A stretch of 34,582 nucleotides of DNA. It comes from Candidatus Bathyarchaeia archaeon. Its GTDB lineage: Archaea; Thermoproteota; Bathyarchaeia; 40CM-2-53-6; DTGE01. The DNA is taken from assembly GCA_038825355.1 (NCBI GenBank), contig JAWBPF010000003.1, positions 1-34,582 of the forward strand, read 5' to 3'. How positions within the stretch are numbered: position 1 is the first letter of the stretch; every line of letters begins with the position of its first letter. The translations under genes were made by a program, and so were the position numbers. Below are positions 18,018 to 27,222 of the stretch, piece after piece. The notes under the pieces were generated by a model. It was not told the DNA's origin. It made no database searches and saw only the letters and a program-made list of their open reading frames with translations.

Positions 18018-19226
18018 ATGAGGAACATATTCGTAAACACTTTGAAGCAGACACCTGTAAAGGATCAACCCATAGAGATATGTGAACGTAAAGGGAAAGG
18101 TCATCCGGATACGATATGCGACCTAATCCTAAACGATATATCAATAGCACTCTCAAAGGAGTATAAAAAGGGATTCGGCAGGATAATGCATTACAACATC
18201 GATAAGGGTCTTCTAGTGGCAGGTGAAGTTGAGAGAAAATTTGGAGGAGGCAGGGTTTTAAAACCTATGCTCCTGGTCATAGGGGATAGGGCAACCTTCA
18301 AGATAGATGAAATAGAGGTTCCCATAGAGGAGATAGCTCGGGAAACGGCTAAGAAATGGTTTAGGGAGAATATGCGCCTCATAGATCCTGAAGAACATGT
18401 GAGATATCAGGTGGAGATTAAGAGGGGATCCGAGGCACTGAGAGATATATTCGAACGCGGCTCAGATAGGCTTCCATCCAACGATACATCAGCAGCCGTA
18501 GGGTTCTATCCCCTAACGGAGACCGAGAGAGCAGTCCTAGAGCTGGAGAGATACCTAAACTCCGACGAGTTTAAGAATGACCACCCTGAAACCGGCGAAG
18601 ACGTGAAGATTATGGGGGTAAGACGTGGAAACGATCTCCATCTAACCATAGCCATGTCCTTCATAGATAGATACATTGAGAGTGAGGAGGACTACTTCAA
18701 GAGGAAGGGGGAAGTCCTCGAGGAGGTCTTATCCTTCGTCTCGCCTAGGACGGATATGGAATCTGTCACGGTGGATCTAAATACTCTAGACAAGAGAGGC
18801 AGAGGCATGGCTGGCATATACCTAACCGTGCTGGGAACATCTGCAGACGATGGAGACTGCGGTCAAGTGGGGAGAGGCAACCGCGCCAATGGGATAATCC
18901 CCTTGAACAGACCCGCAAGCTCAGAGGCAGCTGCTGGAAAGAACCCGGTAAGCCACGTGGGGAAGATTTATAATCTATTGTCCTATCAGCTGGCAAGGGA
19001 GATATACGAGAAGGTTCCAGGGATCTCCGAGGTCTACGTATGGCTTGTAAGCCAAATAGGAAGGCCTATAGACCAGCCAATGATAGCCTCGGCGGAGCTT
19101 GTCCCGGAGAAGGATACTTCACTCAAAGAGGTTTCAGGGGAAGTCCGCGACATAATAGATGCTAAGCTGGAGAATATATCCGAGTTCTGCGAGGAACTCA
19201 TAGAAGGTAAAATACCTGTATGTTAG
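18018..19226 (+). CDS. mat: Archaeal-type S-adenosylmethionine synthetase
   Basis: ERKG.GHPD, NDTS, GEDVKIMG, GQVGRGNR and AGKNPVSHVGKIYN motifs. Confidence 0.96.
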   Translation: MRNIFVNTLKQTPVKDQPIEICERKGKGHPDTICDLILNDISIALSKEYKKGFGRIMHYNIDKGLLVAGEVERKFGGGRVLKPMLLVIGDRATFKIDEIEVPIEEIARETAKKWFRENMRLIDPEEHVRYQVEIKRGSEALRDIFERGSDRLPSNDTSAAVGFYPLTETERAVLELERYLNSDEFKNDHPETGEDVKIMGVRRGNDLHLTIAMSFIDRYIESEEDYFKRKGEVLEEVLSFVSPRTDMESVTVDLNTLDKRGRGMAGIYLTVLGTSADDGDCGQVGRGNRANGIIPLNRPASSEAAAGKNPVSHVGKIYNLLSYQLAREIYEKVPGISEVYVWLVSQIGRPIDQPMIASAELVPEKDTSLKEVSGEVRDIIDAKLENISEFCEELIEGKIPVC

Positions 19227-19296
19227 GGCGCGGGGGAAAGGACCACTAAAATAAATAGATAAATTAATTCTAACCAGATCTTATCTCTATATTTGG

Positions 19297-20313
19297 ATGG
19301 ATTTGATAAGTCGCTTCCCGGGGAGAAATGGATATGGCAAGGCCGTATCCCTGCTTAACACAGTTACTTTAGGCGTATCTCTAATCGTAACGTCCACGTA
19401 TCCCATATCTCTATTCTTAGGCATCTGCATAATGTTTAATCCGCAGCTCGGATTGGAATATCTTAGGCATGAAGCTCAAGTATACTTCATATCATATATG
19501 ATCGTGTTCTCAACTCCATTTAAAATCGGTAGAGTCCTCATTTTTTCATCTTTAATAATCATTTATTTCACTTCCATATGGGCTTCAGCGAAGCTTGAAG
19601 GAGACATTAAGGAAATCCTCAGTAAGCCCTGGGGGCCGATCTCAGGCTTCTATGGGAATTGGCTTTTATATATGCCCACGGCCTCAGGGATGCTCCTAAT
19701 CCTAATATCGGCGATACAAGGCCTCCAGGAGTCCGTAGGTATACCCACGGGATCAATAAGCTTCCCTGACCCCTACGGGGGACTATTATCCCTGGCGTAT
19801 TCCCCTGTGGCTGAGGAGATAGGGTTCAGGCTTACACCCATAGGCACCGTGACAGTCATGTATTTGGCGAGGTATGGTAAGCCTGGTAAGGCGTTGCTTT
19901 CGGCTTTATGGCCTGATAAGGGTAAAATGGCCTTAGGCCTCCCATCCATCCATGGAAGCGGGTTAAAGGGGGTGACCAAGCCTGAATGGATAGCTGTAAC
20001 CGTATCTTCAGCCTATTTTGGGGTCCTTCACTACGTGGCAGGCGGTGGATGGGATGTGGGGAAGATATCCAGCGCCGCCTTAGCGGGCTTTGCTTTGGCG
20101 CTAGTATACTTATGGAGAGGGATCCACGCCTCAATCCTCCTCCACTGGTTCTTCAACTACTACAGCTATATATGGGATGTAGCGAAGATGGTTAATACTC
20201 AAATATTCACAGGAGTAGAGGCGGCGATCTATATATCTACAATATTTCTAGGCTTCCTGGGATGGATGCGGCTCCTCTGGAGAGCCTATAGAAGGCTGAA
20301 GATAAGGAAGTAA
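19297..20313 (+). CDS. CPBP/Abi (CAAX protease-like) intramembrane metalloprotease
   Basis: Multiple TM segments with P.AEEIGFR, FG.LH and H.FFN motifs. Confidence 0.85.
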   Translation: MDLISRFPGRNGYGKAVSLLNTVTLGVSLIVTSTYPISLFLGICIMFNPQLGLEYLRHEAQVYFISYMIVFSTPFKIGRVLIFSSLIIIYFTSIWASAKLEGDIKEILSKPWGPISGFYGNWLLYMPTASGMLLILISAIQGLQESVGIPTGSISFPDPYGGLLSLAYSPVAEEIGFRLTPIGTVTVMYLARYGKPGKALLSALWPDKGKMALGLPSIHGSGLKGVTKPEWIAVTVSSAYFGVLHYVAGGGWDVGKISSAALAGFALALVYLWRGIHASILLHWFFNYYSYIWDVAKMVNTQIFTGVEAAIYISTIFLGFLGWMRLLWRAYRRLKIRK

Positions 20314-20430
20314 TCATTAGTAGATGCGGGAATACCTGAACATATATAGGGGATGCTTGATGAACAGATTTTTAAGTATTAAATTGGGCTGTAACCCAAT
20401 AGCTAAGTAACGTCAAAGGTTGAACGGTGA

Positions 20431-22884
20431 ATGCTATTGGCCGAGTTAACCCTTCCAACTAGATACGACTTCAAGAGATATGAGGATAAATGGAGCGAGT
20501 TATGGGATCGCTGGAAGGTTAACGTTTTCGACTGGATGGATCGGGTTAAACCCATTTACTCCATAGATACGCCTCCACCATACCCCAGCGGTGAATTCCA
20601 CATGGGGAACGCCTTAAACTGGTGCTATATAGACTTTGTAGCCAGATATAAGAGGATGAGGGGCTTCAACGTCCATTTTCCACAAGGCTGGGATTGCCAC
20701 GGCCTCCCAACCGAGGTACGGGCTGAGACCGTTTACAAGGTGAAGAAGAGGGATCTCCCAGTTGAGAGGTTCAAGGAGCTCTGCATAAAATTAACTGAGG
20801 AATACATCGGAAACATGAAGGCTTCGATGAAGCGTATAGGATACTCCATAGATTGGAGCCTTGAATATAGGACCATGGATCCTAAATATTATAGGCTAAC
20901 CCAGCTCTCCTTCATCCTCCTATACAAGATGGGGAAATTATATAGGGGGGAGCATCCGGTTAACTGGTGTCCAAGATGCGAAACCGCCATTGCAGAAGCT
21001 GAGGTGGAGTATAGGACCAAGGAGGGCTCCCTAAACTACATCACATTCAAAACAATTGAAGGAGGCAGGCTTCTAATAGCCACTACGAGGCCTGAGCTAC
21101 TGCCAGCCTGTGTTGCGGTGGCAGTCCACCCTGATGATGAACGATACAGAGACTTGCCCAATAAGATGGTTGAAGTCCCCCTATACGGGAGGAAGGTGCC
21201 TGTCATAGTGGATTCAGAGGTGGATCCAAGCTTCGGCACAGGGGTGGTAATGGTCTGCACCTTCGGGGATAAAACAGATGCGAAATGGCAGAAGAGGCAT
21301 AACTTGCCGGTTATAAACGTGATCGGCGAGGACGGCCGCATGAATGGAAAAGCTGGAAGATATGGGGGCCTGACTATAGAGGAGGCTAAGGAATCTATCC
21401 TGAAGGATTTGGGGGAGAGAGGGTTAGTCGAGAGAAAGGAGAACCTGCTTCAGAACATTGGAACCTGCTGGAGATGCCATACCCCTATAGAGATACTGGC
21501 TAGGATGCAGTGGTTTATGAAGACCCTGGAGATGACCGGAGAAGTCCTGGAATGGGCTGAGAAGGTGGAATGGATCCCGGACCATGCTAAGAGGAGGCTT
21601 ATAGATTGGGCTACCTCTCTGGACTGGGACTGGGTGATCTCAAGGCAGAGGATCTTTGCAACCCCGATACCGGTATGGTATTGTAAGGGTTGCGGGGAGA
21701 TCATAGTGGCTGAGGAGAGCTGGCTTCCAGTAGATCCAAGGTTTGAAAAACCTAGAATAGGGCGATGCCCAAGATGCGGCTCTAAGGAATTTGAGGGGGA
21801 GAGGGATGTTATGGATACTTGGATGGACTCATCGATAACCTGTGCCGTCCACGCAGGATGGCCCGACGATTCAGAAAGCTTCAGGAGGCTCTTCCCCGCG
21901 GACCTCCAACCTAATGGCCTAGACATAATCAGGACATGGGACTACTATTTAATGGTGAGGCATCTAGCCTTGTTCGGTAGAGCCCCCTATAAAACGGTGC
22001 TAGTAAATGGAATGGTTAGGGGGGCCGACGGGAGGATGATGCATAAATCATACGGCAATTATGTGGAGGCTGGGGAGGTACTTGATCGATATGGCGCCGA
22101 TGCTTTAAGGCAATGGGCTGCAGCTGGAGGGGCCACGGGCAACGATGTACCCTTCAAATGGAGCGACTTGGAATATGGGAAAAAGTTTCTTACGAAGCTC
22201 TGGAATGCATCCCGCTTCATCCTATCCAATTTAAGGGATTTCGATGGAGGAGCCGGAGAACCTGAAGTCATCGATCAATGGATGCTCTCAAAGCTTGAGG
22301 GATTGATACGCCGGGTAACAGAGGCCTTCGAATCCTATCAATTCAATGTAGCACTGGAATCCTTAAGGGGGTTCACGTGGCACATCCTATGCGATCAATA
22401 CTTGGAGGCTGTAAAGCATAGATTATACTGGGAGTCTCCACGGGAGAGTAGGAGGGCAGCCCAGTATACCTTAAAGAGGACTCTTAAAACAATACTGAAG
22501 ATGCTTGCACCCCTCTGCCCATATATAACTGAGACAATTTATCAGATGCTGAAAACAGAAGGGGACCCTGTGAGTATACACATTGCGGACTGGCCGGCCT
22601 CGAAGAGGGAACTTATAGATGAGAAGGCGGAAGCGGAGGGAGACATAATAATCGAAGCCATCTCAACCTTGAGAAGGAGGAAGGCTGAGAATAGGATATC
22701 ACTGAAGGAGCTGATCCCTTTGGCTGTTTTTCGGTCTTCGGAAGCCTTTAAGAGGGAAATATTAACGAGGCATAAAGACCATATAGCTAAAGTATGTAGG
22801 GTAAAGGATTTGAGGGTAGAGGATGGAGAAGAAGCCTTGGAAGTAACCGTTTACAAAGGAGAGGGAGAGCTCGAGGACGATTAA
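20431..22884 (+). CDS. valS: Valine--tRNA ligase (archaeal type)
   Basis: IDTPPPY.SG..HMGN (HIGH), GWDCHGLPTE, DWVISRQR and MMHKS (KMSKS) motifs. Confidence 0.95.
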   Translation: MLLAELTLPTRYDFKRYEDKWSELWDRWKVNVFDWMDRVKPIYSIDTPPPYPSGEFHMGNALNWCYIDFVARYKRMRGFNVHFPQGWDCHGLPTEVRAETVYKVKKRDLPVERFKELCIKLTEEYIGNMKASMKRIGYSIDWSLEYRTMDPKYYRLTQLSFILLYKMGKLYRGEHPVNWCPRCETAIAEAEVEYRTKEGSLNYITFKTIEGGRLLIATTRPELLPACVAVAVHPDDERYRDLPNKMVEVPLYGRKVPVIVDSEVDPSFGTGVVMVCTFGDKTDAKWQKRHNLPVINVIGEDGRMNGKAGRYGGLTIEEAKESILKDLGERGLVERKENLLQNIGTCWRCHTPIEILARMQWFMKTLEMTGEVLEWAEKVEWIPDHAKRRLIDWATSLDWDWVISRQRIFATPIPVWYCKGCGEIIVAEESWLPVDPRFEKPRIGRCPRCGSKEFEGERDVMDTWMDSSITCAVHAGWPDDSESFRRLFPADLQPNGLDIIRTWDYYLMVRHLALFGRAPYKTVLVNGMVRGADGRMMHKSYGNYVEAGEVLDRYGADALRQWAAAGGATGNDVPFKWSDLEYGKKFLTKLWNASRFILSNLRDFDGGAGEPEVIDQWMLSKLEGLIRRVTEAFESYQFNVALESLRGFTWHILCDQYLEAVKHRLYWESPRESRRAAQYTLKRTLKTILKMLAPLCPYITETIYQMLKTEGDPVSIHIADWPASKRELIDEKAEAEGDIIIEAISTLRRRKAENRISLKELIPLAVFRSSEAFKREILTRHKDHIAKVCRVKDLRVEDGEEALEVTVYKGEGELEDD

Positions 22885-23014
22885 CGAGCCGTAAACCTCC
22901 TTTTTGAAGGGTTAAGAGGGGAATTATACTAAATAGAGATGGCTGAGGGGTAAGGCTTTTCTCATTTAAAATCCATACTTAACCTAAAGGATGTTCGCTT
23001 GGATGGTTTAAAAT

Positions 23015-23881
23015 ATGGCCTTAGAGAAGATAGGATTCAGGGGGGAGTTAAGCCTTGGTGAATTATTAATCTACTCCCTAAAGACCTATAGGCTTGGATT
23101 CTTAAAACTTTTCATACCATATCTGATCTTGGGAACCATATTTGGAGCCCTAAACTATTGGGCCATATCCACGCTGCCACCTTTCCCCATGATGGATTTC
23201 ACGGGTACAGGTGCTCTATTAGACTGGCTCCTCAGCCTCTCAAAGATCATCCTTATAATCGGCTTAACCGGCTGGATCTTCACAGTGATGGTCCAGGGAT
23301 ACTCGATAGGATACTCTTCAACCCTGTTAAAGGGTGAAGAATTGAAAACATGGGATATCGTAGAGCAGGGTATCCGGAAGACCCCTCGACTACTAGCCGC
23401 AAGCTTCATAGCAAACCTGTTGATAGGGATCGGATTAATGCTCCTCATCATACCTGGAGTAATATTCGCCGTCATGTTCTCTCTTATAATACCTGTGATA
23501 GTATTAGAGGATGGGAGGATCCTTGAAAGCCTAAGCCGCAGCAGACGCTTGGTCTCAAAACGTTGGGGTAAAACCTTGCTCCTCCTCATAATACTAGTGG
23601 CGGCGATATCAGCCTCGGAGATCCTTGGAAGCCTAATAGCGATAGCCTTCGATCCCATCGGATACCTAGTATCCGTAGTTATCACGGCTGTGGTGGAACC
23701 CCTATACCCTGTGGCTATGACATGCCTATACTATTCCATGAAGGCTAAGGAAGCCGTCGAAGTAGAAGGAGTTAAAGAAGTTACATCTAAACCCATTCCT
23801 GTAAAATACTGCATAGAATGTGGGGATCCCCTAAATCCCATAGCCGTATACTGCCCACGCTGCGGAATCAGACAACCATAA
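23015..23881 (+). CDS. Multi-pass membrane protein with C-terminal zinc ribbon
   Basis: About 6 hydrophobic segments, LE......SL.RS..LV..RW motif, and C-terminal CIECG...CPRCG. Confidence 0.8.
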   Translation: MALEKIGFRGELSLGELLIYSLKTYRLGFLKLFIPYLILGTIFGALNYWAISTLPPFPMMDFTGTGALLDWLLSLSKIILIIGLTGWIFTVMVQGYSIGYSSTLLKGEELKTWDIVEQGIRKTPRLLAASFIANLLIGIGLMLLIIPGVIFAVMFSLIIPVIVLEDGRILESLSRSRRLVSKRWGKTLLLLIILVAAISASEILGSLIAIAFDPIGYLVSVVITAVVEPLYPVAMTCLYYSMKAKEAVEVEGVKEVTSKPIPVKYCIECGDPLNPIAVYCPRCGIRQP

Positions 23882-23954
23882 CCCCCGGCGAATCATAAAG
23901 AGCAAATATGAAGCTAAAGAAAGACTTAAGAGATAATTAGCCACAACTCTGTAT

Positions 23955-24027
23955 TAGAGGATGATGTAGACTGATCTGCTCGGTAAGGCTTAAAGCCTGA
24001 TGCCGTGATGCACCTCTACTGACCTTA
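23955..24027 (+). ncRNA. Candidate box C/D-like small RNA
   Basis: ATGATGT (C-like, 23961), internal hairpin AGGC-TTAAA-GCCT, CTGATGC/GTGATGC (C'-like), CTGA (D, 24019) and short terminal stem. Box spacing is non-canonical. Confidence 0.35.
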
Positions 24028-24224
24028 GAAATCTATACATGCCGAAGAGGCATCCAAAATGGAACGGCAACGAGTAAACTATCATCACCAGAGGATGGTT
24101 TGGATGGTATCATTGGATTTCCGGTCTACCTTGAAGAGATACTTCATTTCTCAGGGCTCTGATAAAAGTGATGCTAGGATAGCCTAAGAAACCCAGCTTA
24201 AATAGTGATGTACCATTACATTAT

Positions 24225-24310
24225 TAGAGGAGACCACACGTTGATCGAGGACCGCACCCGACATTATGTGATGAGAACGCGGTTTGGCCCTCGAAGAGGC
24301 ATCAATGAAC
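24225..24310 (+). ncRNA. Candidate K-loop-capped hairpin small RNA (C/D- or H/ACA-like)
   Basis: Nested stems TTGAT/ATCAA, TCGAGG/CCTCGA and ACCGC/GCGGT with apical CCGA...GTGATGA; TTAAATA TATA-like site about 25 nt upstream. Confidence 0.35.
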
Positions 24311-24528
24311 CTAACCCTAAATAGGGGATACATCATCTCGGAAGATAAACCTATGGAAACATCATATCCGTATTCCCCTTTATATTTAGCGGATAGAACT
24401 AGAGGCCTAGTAAGCTTCGAAGAAACCGGGTTTAGGGTTCTCGGAGGAGATATCCCTTTGAGAGGCTATCCAATGATCTCTATGGGAAATCTTATATTCT
24501 CAACCTAATATTCTATCTCGGTGGTCAT

Positions 24529-24732
24529 ATGCCGACCGTTAAGGTTGATTGGAGTAAATGCAACGGAGACTCGGTCTGCGTCCAGATATGCCCGGTAAAC
24601 GTTTTTGAGATGAAGAATCTCCCCGAATACCCTGATACGCCTAAATCCGTACCTGTAAGGGCTGAAGAATGCATAATGTGTATGGCCTGCGTCACCCAGT
24701 GCCCCACCGAGGCCATAACCGTAACAGAATAA
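24529..24732 (+). CDS. Dicluster-type 4Fe-4S ferredoxin
   Basis: CNGDSVC...CP and CIMCMAC...CP motifs; GGTGG SD upstream. Confidence 0.93.
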   Translation: MPTVKVDWSKCNGDSVCVQICPVNVFEMKNLPEYPDTPKSVPVRAEECIMCMACVTQCPTEAITVTE

Positions 24733-24874
24733 GGCGAGGGAACTCCACCCATATTTAACACCCCTTCTTTCTATATTTTAACAGTTTTTTCTACTAGATG
24801 GGTTTCTACCCTTGCTTATCTTGAGCCTGTGATGTAGAGTTCCTTATTCGAATCTCAGATTACATCGAATTGGG

Positions 24875-25837
24875 TTATGTTGATAGCGTCTGCGCTAGTT
24901 TGTAGAGGCGTTCATCTATGGGTTTCTCAGCTGTACATGCGTATTCCAAATCTACCGGCACTATCTCTCCTCTCTGTATTCCGGTCATATCCTTTCTTTT
25001 CCCCTCTAGTAGGAATTCGACGCTTGCAGCTCCCATCTTACATGCTAGAAGCCGACTGTAAGCGGTCGGGGATCCACCCCTCTGGATGTGTCCAAGCCTG
25101 GTGAGGCGGACTTCGAATCCCGTATACTCCTCGACTTTCTCCGCAACTTTCATGCAATCTCCAGCGCCTTCAGCCATAACTATTATGCCCGACTTCTTCC
25201 CCTTACGGTGGCTATCTAGAAGCCTACGACAAATCTTCTGTATATCGTAGCTGATCTCAGGTATTAGGATTATCTCGGCACCTGCCGCGACGCCCACTTC
25301 CAAAGCTATGAATCCTCTATCCCTTCCCATCACCTCCACCACGAAGACCCTCTCATGGGATGTGGCCGTGTCCCTTATCTTATCCACAGCCTCCAATGCC
25401 GTATTCACGGCTGTGTCGAATCCTATTGTGGTATCCGTTCCTGCCAGATCGTTGTCTATGGTGGCAGGGATGCCTATCACAGGGATCCCGCTCTCCTCAT
25501 ATAACTTACAGGCTGCCTTGAAGGAGCCGTTACCCCCTATTACTATTAAACCGTCGATTCGATGCTCCTTTAAAACATCTGTAGCCCTAGATATCCCCTC
25601 CTTAGTCCTCATAGCTTCAGCCCTGGAGGTCTTAAGGAAGGTTCCCCCGAGATGGATTATACCCCCCACACTTCTAGCATCTAGGAACCTATACTCGCCA
25701 GCTAGAATTCCCGCGTAGCCTCTCTCGAAGCCTATTACTCTGATGTTTTCAGCTGAGGCTGCTCTAACGGCAGCCCTTACAGCGGCGTTCATTCCAGGGG
25801 CATCGCCACCAGTAGTGGCTACAGCTATTAGAGCCAT
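24875..25837 (-). CDS. pfkA: ATP-dependent 6-phosphofructokinase (PfkA family)
   Basis: TTGGDAPGMNAA, GGNGS, PATIDND, EVMGR and LGHIQRGG motifs. Start is ATG 25837 or 25858. Confidence 0.95.
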   Translation of the reverse strand: MALIAVATTGGDAPGMNAAVRAAVRAASAENIRVIGFERGYAGILAGEYRFLDARSVGGIIHLGGTFLKTSRAEAMRTKEGISRATDVLKEHRIDGLIVIGGNGSFKAACKLYEESGIPVIGIPATIDNDLAGTDTTIGFDTAVNTALEAVDKIRDTATSHERVFVVEVMGRDRGFIALEVGVAAGAEIILIPEISYDIQKICRRLLDSHRKGKKSGIIVMAEGAGDCMKVAEKVEEYTGFEVRLTRLGHIQRGGSPTAYSRLLACKMGAASVEFLLEGKRKDMTGIQRGEIVPVDLEYACTAEKPIDERLYKLAQTLST

Positions 25838-26057
25838 ATCAGCGTCCCCGTCTAGCATCCATGTAGAAGTAAGCCTTGGTTGGCTTTATCCAACTTAAAG
25901 ATTTAACCTTTATCAAGGCTTAAGGTGTGCGGCACCCGGGATGGGGTAAACTTCCCTCACTCCAGAATCTCCTTAATTAATAACTTTTTAATTTAATTAT
26001 ATTAACCTAAATAAGGGGGAGACTTCTATTCTGGACGATGGGATCGAGGAGGGTTCC

Positions 26058-27077
26058 GTGGTCATGGCTGGTAACTTCAAGGTTAGAGGCTACGTGAAGG
26101 CTGCCCTTAAAGGAGCTGAATGGCTGGCTAATAGGCAGTTGGAGGATGGCTCGATAAGGCCTGAGCTCGGGCTTGGACCCATGTATAAGGCTGTGGCAGC
26201 CCTAGCCTATGCTGGAAAAGTGGTGGAGGCTAATAGGCTCCTCAACTGGCTTAAATTGAACGCACTCATAAGGCCTGGAGAATTCAAGTTGACTTTCAAC
26301 GCCGGGAACCAGGGTAGAGCTGAGACAGCCTTCTACCCTAATGCCTGGATCATGCTGGGCTCTTTAAAGCTTATGAGGTTCGACGTGGCATCTTTGGATG
26401 CCATGAATAGGCTTTCAAAGTATCAGGTGGACTGCGGGGGCTTCATGAGCGCAATCCCCGACGGGAGGGTCGACATATTGAACACGGCCATGGGCGGATG
26501 GATATCCCTCTATAACGGTAGGCTTGCCCAGGCTGAGAAGGCCGGGGGCCTTCTAAAGAGGATGGCGGAGCTTCAACCTGAACCCGGCAAACTCTACTAC
26601 GTATATGACCGCGTGAAAGATGACGTTTTAAGGATTATACCTGAAAACCAGTGGATGACCCATGTGGTGGATACGTCGAAGCCTGAGCAGCACTTCTATC
26701 ACTCAGGCATAGCCATGGTCCTCCTATCGGACCTCTACAAGGCCACGGGTAAAACAGGCTATTTAGAGGCTGCGGAGGATGTCTACTTCAAGATCTCCTC
26801 AAGCTCCGTCATAGAATCATTTAGGTGGCCGTCTAAATGCAAGGATGGTTGGGGGGCCGCCCTGCTATACCATGCAACCGGGAAGCAGGAGCACAGGCTC
26901 CTAGCTGAAGAGGTTGCGGATAAAACATTCTTGGAGACCCAAAGGAGGAATGGAAGCTGGAAAGGGTTCCATGCACCTTTAACCGACGACTACAGAGAGA
27001 AAGTGGAGGTCTCGGCCGAAGAGCTCACAGCGGAATTCATATTCGAACTCCTAGAGATAGCTAAATGCCTAGCATAA
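26058..27077 (+). CDS. Hypothetical protein, probable alpha/alpha-barrel (QxxDGS/QxxNGSW repeats)
   Basis: WL..RQLEDGS, YQVDCGGF and TQRRNGSW resemble prenyltransferase/terpene-cyclase QW-type repeats; GAGGAGG SD. Confidence 0.6.
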   Translation: MVMAGNFKVRGYVKAALKGAEWLANRQLEDGSIRPELGLGPMYKAVAALAYAGKVVEANRLLNWLKLNALIRPGEFKLTFNAGNQGRAETAFYPNAWIMLGSLKLMRFDVASLDAMNRLSKYQVDCGGFMSAIPDGRVDILNTAMGGWISLYNGRLAQAEKAGGLLKRMAELQPEPGKLYYVYDRVKDDVLRIIPENQWMTHVVDTSKPEQHFYHSGIAMVLLSDLYKATGKTGYLEAAEDVYFKISSSSVIESFRWPSKCKDGWGAALLYHATGKQEHRLLAEEVADKTFLETQRRNGSWKGFHAPLTDDYREKVEVSAEELTAEFIFELLEIAKCLA

Positions 27078-27222
27078 TGGGAGGACAGTATACACAGGTA
27101 AAGATGGGATACATGGATAAATAAGTTAAATGGCTGAGGGGATACGGAGAAGGAAATGATTTCAACTAATTATTTATTTAGCTGATTGCGCTATGAATGT
27201 TTGATTGGAGGTGGGGTTGTCG

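Noticed and set aside
23962-24162. Frame with TGA-TGY pairs suggesting a selenoprotein (UC...UC)
   Set aside because: There is no start codon after the upstream TAG and no recognisable SECIS. The TGATG motifs are better explained as C-box-like elements.
23940-24310. Riboswitch (fluoride or TPP) or CRISPR array
   Set aside because: Consensus cores are not matched and there are no regularly spaced repeats. No CRISPR array or transposase was seen anywhere in the window.
24284-24508. 74-aa ORF upstream of the ferredoxin
   Set aside because: No recognisable family or SD, and it overlaps the hairpin RNA candidate. A decayed fragment cannot be excluded.
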